From positions 1-48,335 of the forward strand of contig NKIB01014017.1 in assembly GCA_002256025.1 (NCBI GenBank): a DNA stretch of 48,335 nt, given 5' to 3'. Below are positions 33,861 to 46,740 of the stretch, one piece after another. How positions within the stretch are numbered: the first letter of the stretch is position 1; every line of letters begins with the position of its first letter. The position numbers were made by a program, and so were the translations under genes. The stretch comes from Asterionella formosa (taxonomy: Eukaryota). The notes beneath the pieces were generated by a model. The model made no database searches and was not told where the DNA came from. It was given only the letters and a program-made list of their open reading frames with translations.

Positions 33861-34601
33861 CGTTTTGTCAGAACAGCCTAGATAACTCGTAGCCTTGCTA
33901 CGCTCATGTAATACGCAGTTAATTGAACGGTTGAACGAATCCAAAGGATGTGTCTGTTTGTTTGTGTTTCCGTCGCCTCGCCCAGATTCGACGATATCTT
34001 CGGTTTATGACGTACATTTTTAACACTAAAATTGGACTTGCGTATGGATAGAAATGCGAGCACTAGCACTTGCACTATCATGCTCCAATTCTTTTCGAAA
34101 ACAATGTGTATGCAGCTGAAAAAAGAGACACGAACTAAAAAATTCGCTATGAATAACAAAATGAAAGGTCGAAGGTTTATTGTGACATACCTCTGATGAA
34201 GTCAGGATCAACGGCAATTGAAACGGGACAAGCACGAGACTGCTGAACGGGCAGCATGTGCATTGCGGATGTCTAGAAGTTAGGCCAAAACTGCTGTCGA
34301 GCTCTGAGTATTTTCCAGACATCCCACAAGTTGATACTTCTAGTTCGTTGTGCAGTTCTAAATCTCTTTTAACTGTATGGAGCAAGTCGTTGCTCTTTGT
34401 GCCAACGAGTTTGCCTAAAGTTCAGTACCGGGTATATACCTTGACCAGACAGTATCATGTGTTGACCGCTTAGAAGTATACTCAACCTTTAATCTTGGAA
34501 AAATAGTCAACTTTTTTGTTTTCTCTTGATTCGCCCAAGTTGACGAATGATTCCGATCTAAGGTTGTTGTAAAGAATGAAACAAATGACCCCCCCCCCTC
34601 C

Positions 34602-35174
34602 CTACAGATGCATTTTGGTGGCTATTCTCGTTAGGACTGATGCTTCCAGAGATGATGAGAGTACTTCTTGCTGAGTCAACTTATAAATTTGAAAAAATTG
34701 GTTATCGATCGACGCAGCTCGCTGAGAAAGATACGATTCGGTCGTTTCTCGGCTTTTAGGAATCTTATAGTATTCAAGAAGCTCAGAATAGGCCTGCTCT
34801 TGGCCAGGTTCTGCGATCCATAGGACAATGACGTCTGCGTCTGCCTTCTCGGTCGATGGCTCAGAAAACGAAAAGTCTCTTAAGATGTGACCCAAGTGGT
34901 TGGAGGGAGCCGCACAATACACCACATCCCAAGCACTTGGTGCTTCGAGTTTGCGACTTACTGCTAGGTTGGCAGCGACTAGCAGTTGATGCAATGAAAC
35001 TATCTTGGTAGCATCCAAAATTGCCAGAGACTTTGGAGTAGCCTCTTGCAGGAGATGAAACAAATCATTGGGATTGGAGACGCCTGCATGGAACGAACAA
35101 TAGAACGAGAGTTCTTCTGAAGGTGAAAGGGCTAATGGAAACCTGAAGATGCCACTGTCGGGAGTGCTGCTCAT
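34602..35174 (-). CDS. CGI121: KEOPS/EKC complex subunit CGI-121/TPRKB
   Basis: 190-aa ORF with AILDATKIVSLHQLLVAANLA, VVYCAAPSNHLGHILRDF, IYKLTQQE and C-terminal LEASVLTRIATK. Confidence 0.8.
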   Translation of the reverse strand: MSSTPDSGIFRFPLALSPSEELSFYCSFHAGVSNPNDLFHLLQEATPKSLAILDATKIVSLHQLLVAANLAVSRKLEAPSAWDVVYCAAPSNHLGHILRDFSFSEPSTEKADADVIVLWIAEPGQEQAYSELLEYYKIPKSRETTESYLSQRAASIDNQFFQIYKLTQQEVLSSSLEASVLTRIATKMHL

Positions 35175-36663
35175 TCTGACTGACTATAAACCAGTTCACT
35201 GGTATATCGGATGGTACCAGGTAGTGTTGATTGACGATGAGGAAGCAAGCAAGTTGTAATACTCATACTTCTCTTCCGACTGCACCTTTCCCCTTTTAAC
35301 ATGCCGTACACACATATACATATACAAAGGAACATGTTTTGTACTTAAAAAAAAGAATAAAGCTAAATATCTCGATTACCAGACCTTCCCATGGGATGAA
35401 CCAGAAGAAACTACTGTATTCATAAATTTAACTGCTCATTGGCATTTGCACCACAATTGCACCTCCAATTGCACCACTCTACTTAGAGAAACCTGAATTG
35501 CATAAGACTATATCAAATCCATGCTTCTATATTCACTTTCATGCCTGTTTGGGCATACATGTGATCCTCAAAATTACTGGTGCCCACCAATATCTGTTGA
35601 AAAATGTGTTAACTCAACTTGCCAATTTCGAATCCATAATACTAAAGTCATGATGGTATATGTATAGTAGGAGTCCTCTTGTTGTGAAATTGGTGAATAA
35701 TACAAGTACCAGTACTGTATGCAGACTTTTCTCCTTGTTTGTGAGGATATCTGAGAAAGAAAAATAAATTTCTAGAAAAAGCAGATCTCCTCTTTGAAGA
35801 GTCAGCCAGAATGGCCCAAAAAGGACAAAAGTATTTAAATCAATTTTACAGCACACTTTCCCAAAAGTCTCAAGCCCAAAAAGTCATCAACCAAGATCAC
35901 ATTTTTCTTCACCAGTTAAACCCCAAGGCTGGAGACTGACAATTAATCACAGCATTTTGGCACCACCACAACAAGCAAACTCCAACTTTCATTAGAGAGA
36001 GTGTATCCACCACTACATCGCTCCCCACACACAAGCACCTAGAGTCACCACAATTGTTGGGTTGATACTAGGCGGGTTAAAAAGTGTTTCCATTTTAAAA
36101 ACCCAGGCTTGGTGCACCAGGAAGGGCCATGCAGGCTATCTTCTTTTTATGTGCGTTGTCCCACTGACCATCATGTACGTACGTACATCCGTTTTACTCA
36201 TCCAATGCTCACAAAATGGCGCGCTGTCGTAAGGCTGTCGTATGATTCTACATACTTTCAAAAGTGATATAATGAACGCGCTCACGTGGGATTTAGTAAA
36301 ACGTCATTTTCCACTATCTATCAACTCAGCAGCCATGATCAGAGGAGGGGATCCGTCGTCGTCAAAGAACCCTGTTACCGGTATTAGGTATATTATGTAG
36401 TACCAGTATCTATATATAATATATATTAGCTACCTGGTACTTCCTGTAGTAGACACCAAATAAAAATCCTTTGGTACGCCTGAATCAACTCCTCTCCTAG
36501 ATGAAATGTTGACACAGAAAGAATATATTTCTCACTGTTCGGAATGCCCTAAGCGTCGTCTCCCCACGACGACCAGAGTAAATACCGAAACCAGCAAGAG
36601 CGACCTACGCAGAGGAGACACAACGAACAATCAAAGTGAGATTGCTAATTGGGAGAAAACAAA

Positions 36664-37062
36664 ATGGCGCGACGCACCCCACTGGTCTTGGCCATTTTGA
36701 GCGTGACCTTATTGTCATACGTGCACCCATTTTCGATAGACGCACGACTGTATGCTCCCTCCTTGGCGCTGCATGCGACGTCTAACAATAACAATGCCAA
36801 TTTTCGAACTGCCATGGAATCGGCATGCTTGGTCGAATGGGAACCTGTCTCGGAATTGGAAAGACGCCTTGAGGATGGCATTCATTATGAACATTGGCCT
36901 ACTTTCCCAAAGCCTCTGTCGAATCGGAAGAAGACGGTATTGGAAGAGGAATCGTCGTCACCCACTATCAGCAAGAAAAGAGGCGTTTTCTGTGGATTAA
37001 GAGTCACGGACGAGGAGTACACTCGACTGAAGAGCGCAGATCCCAAGGATCACCTATCATGA
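36664..37062 (+). CDS. Small hypothetical protein, probably plastid-targeted
   Basis: ATG at 36664 gives signal peptide MARRTPLVLAILSVTLLSYVHP|FS followed by a transit-like segment. Mature part contains WEPVSELERRLEDG and GVFCGLRVTDEEYTRLKSADP. Confidence 0.7.
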   Translation: MARRTPLVLAILSVTLLSYVHPFSIDARLYAPSLALHATSNNNNANFRTAMESACLVEWEPVSELERRLEDGIHYEHWPTFPKPLSNRKKTVLEEESSSPTISKKRGVFCGLRVTDEEYTRLKSADPKDHLS

Positions 37063-37331
37063 GTCAAACTTTACAGTATCGGATGTGGCGGTACATTGGA
37101 GAGTTTGTGACATATGCTACCTTCCAAGACTGTTAAAATCAATTCGTCAGTATCTACAAAAATTACGAATCAGGCCAACATAGCTACAGACCCATGTATT
37201 GTCGACGATTTGATTTAGCCTTGTTTGTTGACAAAGAATCGCTTCCCTTCCGTCCTAGCAATCCAATCTTAAAAATTACACTGTAGAATTGTTGTTAAAA
37301 CTAAACAGTATTAGTCGATTTATTTTCAACT

Positions 37332-39234
37332 TTATGATTTCACAGCTTGCTCTGCAACCACCTCATCACGAAGAAGCCTTCGTAAAATTTTGCCACTTGC
37401 TGACTTGGGGATCTTTTCTACGAAGACGACACCACCATCCAATCGCTTATACGGTGCCACTCGTTCCTTCACCCATGCCTTGATATCGTCCCCGTCAACA
37501 CACTTCGACACCTCGTCAGCTTGTAACACCACATATGCACGTGGCAACTCTCCAGAAGCTTCGTCGGGAACTGGGATCACGGCTGCATCTTGTATGTTGT
37601 CGTGGGTCAGTAACAATGCTTCTAATTCAGCTGGCGCTACTTGGTAACCCCTGACTTTGATCAATTCCTTGAGTCGGTCGGTAATGAAAAAGTAGCCATC
37701 CTCATCAAAATACGCTACATCTCCAGTGCGTAACCATCCACTGTCACTCAAGCACTCTGCAGTCCTTTCAGGATCGTCCAAGTAACCCAACATCGTTTGT
37801 GGACCTTTGATGAGAAGTTCACCAATCATGTTGGCTGGCTGGGAATTGCCTTTTTCGTCAACTATCTTCCCATAAGTGGACGGCACAAGAGGTCCAACGG
37901 AACCAACCTTGCTATTAAAATCAGAGTTTAAAGTCCCAAGAGGTGAAAGTTCCGACATTCCCCAACCTTGCTTAATCTCACAAGAAAGACGCTCCTTGGC
38001 AGCAATCTCAATGTCTCTGCCCAATGGAGCTGCTGCACTGACAATTTGTTGGAGACTGCCAAAGTTATACTTGGCAATCATAGGATCCTTGGCGAGACCA
38101 ACAATAATGGGAGGTACCAAATGTGCTCGTTCTGGTTTGTGATCTTGAACGAGCTGGCAAAATTCCGCCAAATCAAAGCGTCCGGACGTTGTAATGATTT
38201 GTTGTCCCTTCCACGCACAGTACAACATACTAACGAGAAACCCATAAATGTGAAAGAACGGAAGTGGTGAAATCAACTTGTGGTTCTGTGAGTAGAAAAA
38301 GAGTGTGAGTTGTTCGGCATTTCATTGTTTCGCACACGATTGAATCATTTACACAAAAACACACCATTGGAAAACCAATGTCTTCCACCCCCTCGACTTG
38401 CAACAGATTGACAACAATGTTACTATGCGTCAGACAGACTCCCTTTGGCATTCCCGTAGTCCCAGACGAATATGGCAGAAGAAATGGATGAGTGTTGACC
38501 TTTTTGTGAACGACATGCATTGTCTCGTTCATAGTATGCGCCAGATGGTGCTGCTTGAGCCACGCCAAGTTGACCGTTCCCTCTGGAACAGCCTCTGCGT
38601 CGTCGACTGTCATGACCACAATGTGTTTGACCGTGGGACAATTCTTCACAGCTGCCAATGCCGGTTCGAGCTTAGCCTTGTGTATCACTAGTACCGACGA
38701 TTTGCTGCGTTGCAAAACGACCTCGAGTTCCCGTTGCGTATAGAGTGGATTTATGGGTGTTAATTTGGCCCCACACAGTGAGACAGCCAAAGATATGGGT
38801 AAGAAGTCGACATGGTTGGGTGCAAAGAGTGCGACTGTAGAGTTTTCATCGATCATGTATTCATATCGCAGGGTGGCGGCAACATTTTTCATAATGGAAT
38901 GGTAGTCGCCAAAGGTCCTAGTCGACCCAGTGGCTCCATCTAAAATGGCTACTTTGTCTGCTCGGAGGGGACCGCCGTTCCCGGCCCAGTCGGCAGTAAC
39001 GAACTCTGCAATGGGAGGGTAGGGCCCAGATGATATGGGGGGATATGGGCTTTGCACGAGATGTAGATCGCAGTAGTCTCCAAGCACGGCCATTCCCAGA
39101 GAAGTGTCTGACGAATAGAAATGGTGCGCGGACATCGAAGGAGACTTTGCCAGCATCCCGGTGCCCTTGGCTGTCTGACAGCTACGCCTTGATAGATTCT
39201 TCCAGCCGAGCCGAGCTGCTGTAATGGTCATCAT
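37332..39234 (-). CDS. 4-coumarate--CoA ligase-like acyl-activating enzyme; exons 39234-38365 and 38285-37332
   Basis: LPYSSGTTGMPKGV, LPFFHIYG, QGWGMSE, GELLIKGP, WLRTGD, DRLKELIKVRGYQVAPAELE, IPKSASGKILR. GT-AG intron 38364-38286 joins GFPM|NHKLISPLP. Confidence 0.92.
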
Positions 39235-39657
39235 GATGATCTTCGTCTCGTGTAACGAAGTGCAGAGTACCGGTGGTTGCAATGGCACCAATATTGGTGT
39301 GTATAAATATAATAACAAATTATAGAAGAGTTGAGCAATATACCGTACCGGTAATATGATTCACTACAATATGCAGGATTTGATTTTTGACACTTCCACA
39401 TAGATCAACGTACTCCGGAGCGATTATTATAATTCGTGTTCGATTTTTGCGATTCTCATCATCCAGGCTTGACACCAAGCAACAGGACCGAGACCCGTCA
39501 AAACGACCATGCTGCCCTATCACAAGCACCAAGGATGGATCAGCTCGTGGCAGGGAACCAAAAAAGTAGTCGTACTGTAGGTACATGCATACTAGTTTAC
39601 AACGCACCGGGATTTACCGCTATTTTGGTGCTGTGCCTACTGGTAGCTATAGTACCT

Positions 39658-39746
39658 GCAAGTAGCGGTAATTTACTTTAACTAACATTTTAATCTGGAA
39701 TAAAGATAGCTAAAGTTTTAGTTTCAGCAAAATTACCGCAACTTGC
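39658..39746. mobile_element. 89-bp MITE-like element
   Basis: 17-bp inverted repeat with one mismatch (GCAAGTAGCGGTAATTT / AAATTACCGCAACTTGC). Second copy at 28692-28774. Confidence 0.75.
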
Positions 39747-41995
39747 TGGTAGTTCCCTGTACCCTGGTACCAGGTACACGGTATGTGTGCATTACGAATC
39801 ATGCTCAGGCACATTCCAGCAATTGCGTCAATAATGACTCCCATGTTTTTTGGGGAAAATCATTCAATTGCTACATTGACTAGAATGGGCAAATACCATG
39901 GTGCGCTTTTTGCTCGACAATAGAATGGGAGTAAAATTAAAAAAGATATTGAGTTTCAGAGTAGATGAATGGACAAAGCAAACAGACAAAACAATCAATA
40001 GAATGTGCTGCACCTTGGGTATCAATTTGAGAAAATAGAAATATTGCAGCTATGGAATGTGAGTAAATTACGCCATTGTCAAGATGTTCAATGTGGACAA
40101 CAATAGAGTTTGAGTATTGGTATTACTGTAATTTGCATGGAAGCGAACAAGCCAAAATCAACAAGACATGCCACAGAGCAAGAGCCAACCAAGCCAACAA
40201 GAGCAGAAGTTCAATGATTCCAGTTGTCCTCCTGGCTGGTGCTTCTCACCTCAAGCTTATAGCTCATTTATAGCAGATAAAGTGGCTTCGGATCTCTTTG
40301 TCATTGACGATTCATTATAATGAAGCAATGATAATAATTGTGATTAGATAACTTCTTACAAAAACTGTGATATTTTAGAACTGTGGAAAAAGGCAACACA
40401 TGGCTGAGTACTCAAAATTTCTACCAAGATGTGATTTGAGATAGTTTAGGATAAGATACGTAGAAAATCTACTACAGAATTTATGTTGAAATTTAATGGC
40501 TGATCATATCTGACAAAATCAGCACTGGTAATGGAAGCCTAACTTGGAACTACTAGTATAATGTTTTTGGTTTTGATACCAAACAACTGATCGAGTTTGC
40601 TATTGAAGAATCATTATCTGGTTGATCATCATTATCTATCGAATTAAGAAAAGGATGTCATCAGAAGGCTTTCGGAATTCGACAGAACGAGGAACCAAAT
40701 TTTGGTGCTACCATGATGCTTCAAAATGGGGCAAATGGTGCTGGGTCAATAGAGGGGCGGCCCGAAGCAAAAGTAAGCAAAGTAGGCAAAGAACCCGGTA
40801 AGCAATAGGAAGCAAAAGTAAGAAAGTCTTGCTTGCTTTGCTTTATTCTCTCCAAACTCAAAATCGTTCTCCTTTTCCGACCGAAGTGATGAAAACAAAC
40901 AATAATGAACGGTTCTATATCAAATAGGATATGAATATTCAAATGCTAGCATCATCATATGTAACAACTATACTGGTACCCGATATAACTAGTATTATAG
41001 TACCCTACCACCATATGCAATCTTGCTGGACTCATGCTGCTAGCTAATGGGTACCCAACAAGTTAGCACTTTAAAGTGCTTGTACATAATTATTTAGCTT
41101 AGATTATTCGATTCTTTTGCATATTATATTTATATATATATACCTGTATAACACTTGGGAGAACTGTGTAATTGTCATGAGCGGATAGAGAAGAATGCAT
41201 GGTGCATCATGTTGTCTCACTCCTCTTGACCATGACAAAAATAACAAATATCTCAATGAAAAAATGAGAATGATGCTTTGCTTTTGGGAAAATATATTAT
41301 GCATGATAATAGTGAAAAAAATGAAATAGCCGATGGCGCATTTTTAAAATGAAATTTTTTTAAAGCATGATCCTAGCTATGATCGTACCATAGGTACCGA
41401 AGTTTTACCTGTCTGGTTCCGGTACCCCTGTACCAGGGGAGAACCTGATACCTGGTACCAGGTACCAGGTATCATACACAACGGTATGCTCATACCGGTA
41501 TGTATTCTATATATGCTGACTGCATGGCTGTACGCGTATGATTTTATGCTACCGGTAGATCATACACATGTTGCAGTATGTATGTACATGTAATATACCG
41601 CTAATAGCACCGGTAGTCTACTTGGTATCATCATGATACCAAATTTATTTGTTGTGCGTCCTCCGTGTCTGGCGTGTGTTTGTATTGTTATGTATACGCA
41701 GATACTGTACTCACTATCAATCACGTGCTAACCTTGGCGGGAGGGCAAGAACGTTCCAGTGCATTTCTACACATTTAATCTGGTACAAGAAAATCGCATA
41801 CGTCTTTACCGGTAGTGGTTGGTGGAGGACAATCGCCCTACACAGCGAGCTGGTGTATGTAAGACTGTCACGATCATGACCACTTGATAGTGGTTAGTGG
41901 CGGAAAAGATCGATTGGATAATCCCAATGCTGTACTCACTTTTTCCATCGACCATCGATTGAATCTGCTTATCCAACAACCAAAACTACTTCATC

Positions 41996-43564
41996 ATGTC
42001 GACCGGAGATTACAAAGGTAAGCCTGTGGATAAGAACATTCATGAATATCTAGGCGTCTGCTGTTGCAAGATTCGATGGAACGGTTGATTCATGTTCGCG
42101 CCTCTATTCAACAATGACCATATCTCACACAATTTCACAGTTGCTGATATTTCGCTCGCCGACTACGGTCGCAAGGATATCGAATTGGCCGAGGTTGAGA
42201 TGCCTGGTCTTATGTCGTGCCGTGAGGAGTACGGAGCCGAACAGCCCCTCGGAGGTGCCCGAATCTCGGGATCCCTTCACATGACTATCCAGACTGCCGT
42301 CTTGATTGAGACCCTCAAGGCCCTTGGAGGTGACCTTCGTTGGTGCTCATGTAACATCTTCTCCACTCAGGACCACGCTGCTGCCGCTATCGCTCGTGAT
42401 GAGTCGGCCGCCGTCTTTGCCTGGAAGGGAGAATCGCTGGAGGAATACTGGGAGTGCACCATCAACGCCCTCACCTGGGCCGAAGATGATGGCAAGGGCC
42501 ACGGACCTGACCTTATCGTCGATGATGGTGGCGACATGACTCTCATCATCCACGAGGGAAAGAAGGCAGAAGATCTGTTCCTTAAGGACGGAACCCTCCC
42601 TGATCCTACCTCCACCGACAACGCTGAGTTCAAGATTGTTCTCTCCATCCTCAAGCGTATCCTTGAAACCGGCGAGACCGACAAGTGGAACAAGATTGCC
42701 ACTCGCTGCATGGGAGTTTCCGAGGAGACCACCACCGGAGTCCACCGTCTCTATATTATGGAGAAGACCAACGACCTTCTTTTCCCTGCCATTAACGTCA
42801 ATGACTCTGTCACCAAGTCAAAGTTTGACAACCTTTACGGATGCAAGCACTCCCTCCCCGATGGTATCATGCGTGCTACCGACGTCATGATGGCTGGAAA
42901 GAAGGCCATTATCTGCGGATACGGAGATGTTGGCAAGGGTTGCGCCGCTGCCATGCGTGCCAATGGATGCGTCGTATATGTTACTGAGATTGACCCCATC
43001 TGTGCCCTTCAAGCATGCATGGAGGGATACACCGTCACCGTTTTGGAGGATGTTGTCGAAATGGGAGACATCTTCATCACCACTACCGGAAACAAGGGAA
43101 TTTTCATGAAAGATATGATGGAGAAGATGAAGAACAATGCAATTGTTGGAAACATTGGACATTTCGACAACGAAATCGACATGGACGGACTCATGGCTGG
43201 AACCACTCGTATCAACATCAAGCCTCAGGTGGATAAATTCGTTTTCCCTTCCGGAAAGGGAATCATCATCCTTGCCGAGGGACGTCTCCTCAACTTGGGA
43301 TGTGCTACCGGCCACCCTTCGTTCGTCATGTCTGCGTCCTTCACCAACCAAACCCTTGCTCAAATTGAGCTCTGGAGAGAGAAGGAGACTGGAAAGTATG
43401 CCCGTGGAAAAGTCTACGTCCTACCAAAGACCCTCGATGAGAAGGTCGCTCGCCTTCACCTTGGCTCCCTCGGTGCCAAGCTCACCATTCTTACTCCAGA
43501 ACAAGCCGAATACATTGGCATCCCAGTCGATGGTCCATACAAGCCAGACACATACCGTTATTAA
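41996..43564 (+). CDS. AHCY: S-adenosylhomocysteine hydrolase; exons 41996-42017 and 42141-43564
   Basis: MSTGDYK|VADISLA after removing GTAAGC...CACAG (42018-42140). Motifs [59 protein letters not shown]. Contains the plant-type ~40-aa insert and shows strong codon bias. Confidence 0.98.
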
Positions 43565-44187
43565 ACGATATGTTAGATATATAACTGCTTTATAAACTGT
43601 TCTTGATAGACTCGTACTTTACATCAAAATTCAGTAGTCAACTACGTAAACAAACTTTGTCACATCACTTTGCACTCATATTCATGTCCACCGATTGTTA
43701 GTGCCACATAGAACACTTTCCTTCATGTAAAATTTTATGCTACCAGTGCAAAGAATCGATATTCAGGATCAAGAAGCCTCTCGGAATACCTGAACACGAA
43801 TACGCGAAGGAATGTGACGGGGTACGATACAGGCCAAGGCATGCAACCTATGAGTGAATATAGATCAAAGGAAGTTTGTGAAGCAATCACATGCGAAGTA
43901 ACTTTGTCAATGAACTCATAATTCTCTCATGCATCCAGAGCATACTCATTTTCGAAGCTAGTTACAAGACCAGCGGAAGCAAACACAATGAAGTTACTAG
44001 ACGAACGTGTTACCTGCGTTGTGATGTTAGGACGAGCAACGCTTATCAATTTTGATCTTCGCGAACTTGGGGAAACGGGAGTGACGAAGTAGCGAGTAAT
44101 AGCGGGGTGTGACATCGATAAACATGGGGTTGCATTCGTCGTCTCCAACAAGAAGTCAGCAGCAACGCAGCTGCATACAACTCCTTT

Positions 44188-45389
44188 TTAAAATTCGAGA
44201 GCATCATCATCGTAATCCTCAGGGTGCGCTTCAGGGTGAAAATCAATGTCACCGCCCAGAGTCGCGAGAGTGCCCATGGATAGTTTACGAACCAGTTTCT
44301 TGACTTCATCATCCTGGCCCTCCAATTTTCGCTCCTTTTCACCTGAAATGAGTTCCTCCCATGCCTCGTGACATTCTTGAATCACCTCGAGGGCATATGA
44401 TTTCGGCATGAATCTCTCGTCGAGTCCAAACACATTTGGGGGCTTTCCGTCGGGGATTTTGTAAGTACGATACCATTCACGGATGGCATCCAACATACCA
44501 GGCATTTCTCTCTCGACATCTTCGACGTCGTCAACGAATGGAGCCCACTTATCGTCTGCGTCAATCGTAACCACTTTCCAATCCATTTCACCTTCATCAA
44601 TCATACCGAGGATTCCAAGTACCTTGACAGGACGGATTTTCTAAAGTTTTTGAGTTCCAGGAAGAGGGTTGGGTTAGACAAAGAGGAGACAAATACATCC
44701 GGTTTACCACCGCACAATGAAATAGGTAGCTACTTACTCCAGGCGCGATAATACGGCATCCAATTTCGCAGACATCCAAAGGATCATTATCTCCACGGCA
44801 TCCCTCGGCATCGGGATGAACATGAGTAGGATCTTCCCACGTTTGCGGGAAGCATCCATAGTTAAAAAAAATGTCTCCCTTTTTGAACTGCAGGCATCAC
44901 GAAAGTGTGAGATGCTAGGGAAAGGCATTGAACACGCCATGCGCTGCGAACCAAATGTTTGCACTATTTCATTTCACGTACCTCTCGTAGGGTTCCCTTC
45001 TTCTCGTCTTGCTTGATGGGATTTCCGACCTCGTTGGTAGCGATTTCGTACTTCTTTCTGCAGACAGGAAGAACGTGTTAGTCATATTCGAAACCCGTGT
45101 TAGGGCGTCGAATCTTGGCATGATCAACGAACCTTGTGAACTTCGGAATCTCGCAGACAAAGTTGAGGTAAGGAGTTTCTTCCTTGGTATTCGGATCGAT
45201 GTGAGTCAAGCTGATATCATGCCAGAGCGACAGCACCTTGCTTCCATCGTCGGCCTTGGCGTGAATGCGGAATTCCAGAGAGTCTGCTCTCCCTTCCCCA
45301 TGCAATTCGATGCCGTGGTTCGATCCGAACGAATCGGACTTCTTAAAGACCTTCTTTTCGTCGTTGAGGGGCACGAATGATTCTTCCAT
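44188..45389 (-). CDS. Soluble inorganic pyrophosphatase (family I); exons 45389-45133, 45057-44982, 44887-44738, 44640-44188
   Basis: Three GT-AG introns join SLWHDI...[15 protein letters not shown]...NPIKQD...[23 protein letters not shown]...[12 protein letters not shown]...[24 protein letters not shown]...YKIPDGKP. Confidence 0.95.
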
Positions 45390-46740
45390 CGTGCTTGTGA
45401 GCAATCTTTAAATGATTGACAGTTCCAATCGAATGAGAACAACTGGCGTTGAGATTTTCTTTTGTCACTATTTCTCGAACGTCGACCAAACAAGATTCTC
45501 ATGCAATGCTCACGGTAGTGTACCATCGTACCGTAAACTGGTACCTGGTACTACGTTTGTAATAGGTTGTGCGACAAGAAGACTCCCATGTATACCTGTC
45601 ATCGACCGAGCTACGTAAGATAAATCTCGTCTCCTTGTTCGATGTCATGGATTAAAAGTTGAGAAACAGTGACGTACTGGCACAAATCCGTCATTCGAGG
45701 GATCTTGTTATATTTTTGAATTGCTGAAGGCAATCCATGCCCGAGATGGTCTCATGCCGCTAGTACACAAGTATACGAGAAAGCATGTAGCCGCAGGATA
45801 CGGTATGTCTTGTTGAGGCAATTTACAAAGAAGCTATTGTGACGCCACTCGCTTACCTACTGCCCACTCATTGAGCGAAAATGTCATTGTTAGCTTCCTA
45901 TTGCCCATCATATTAAATATATTTCCATGTACTATAAAGAGTTTACCGGTACCTGGTACTACAATTTATCTAGTTTTCCCTTCATTTCTGTTTGTCTCCT
46001 AAAAAGTGACAGCTGCAATACACCTTCTACCATGCCAATAATTGTCCATCATGCCCAGTCTGACATGAAAGATTACGATGATGATGCCATTAGTGATTCA
46101 TTGTCAAACAGATGTGGTTGGATGTTGGATGACTCCACGTCTGGTGGGACTCATGTTGTCACATTGTACATTTTTCTTCAGATGAATGATGATACCAGTA
46201 TATCTGGTGTTGGATGCAAATTTTTGCCCTGGACATTTGTACTTTACAGATGGTATATTCTAGTGATGTAGCCTACATAAAGGTGACTAGTAGCATGCAT
46301 GGTCACACTAACAAGGGTGGATCTTGACAGAATACAAAATGGAAAATTGTGTTGCTCAGCCCAATTTTTTGGTATCTCACATGTCAATATGTTGCTTCCA
46401 GCAATACTTTTTCTTGTTGCTCTGAAATGTGTATCTGTGTGTATTGCAGCTGCACATACTACAGCATCAAGGAACATAATTTTTATAAATTAAATATATG
46501 CCATGTAATTACATTAATGAACAAAGACACTTCATCCCTAATGGAAAAATGGGAATAATTTAAAAAAATGTCAATCAAATCTTATAGTACATTAAAGCTA
46601 TCCAACAATCGCACTCATGCCCAAATTATATGGACACAATTAGTACCGATTTTATTCGTCCATAGTATGTTACAACGGGACCTGTCTCCTCGTCAGCCAC
46701 ACAACCCGGAAACCTAGGGACTACATAAAACAACGACAGG

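Noticed and set aside
33651..33881. 76-aa hydrophobic ORF downstream of DDX56
   Set aside because: Non-ATG start and explained by the 93-bp tandem duplication in the 3' flank.
14011..35174. Apparent cluster of RNA-metabolism genes (SLBP, SNU13, HAT protein, DDX56, CGI121)
   Set aside because: Interspersed with unrelated genes and transposons; no shared regulatory signal demonstrable.
39900..40900. Possible highly decayed Harbinger-like transposase remnant
   Set aside because: Only faint motif echoes; cannot be supported without a profile search.
42347..43363. Long antisense ORFs over SAHH, and similar ones over other CDSs
   Set aside because: Shadow frames caused by codon bias; no recognisable motifs.
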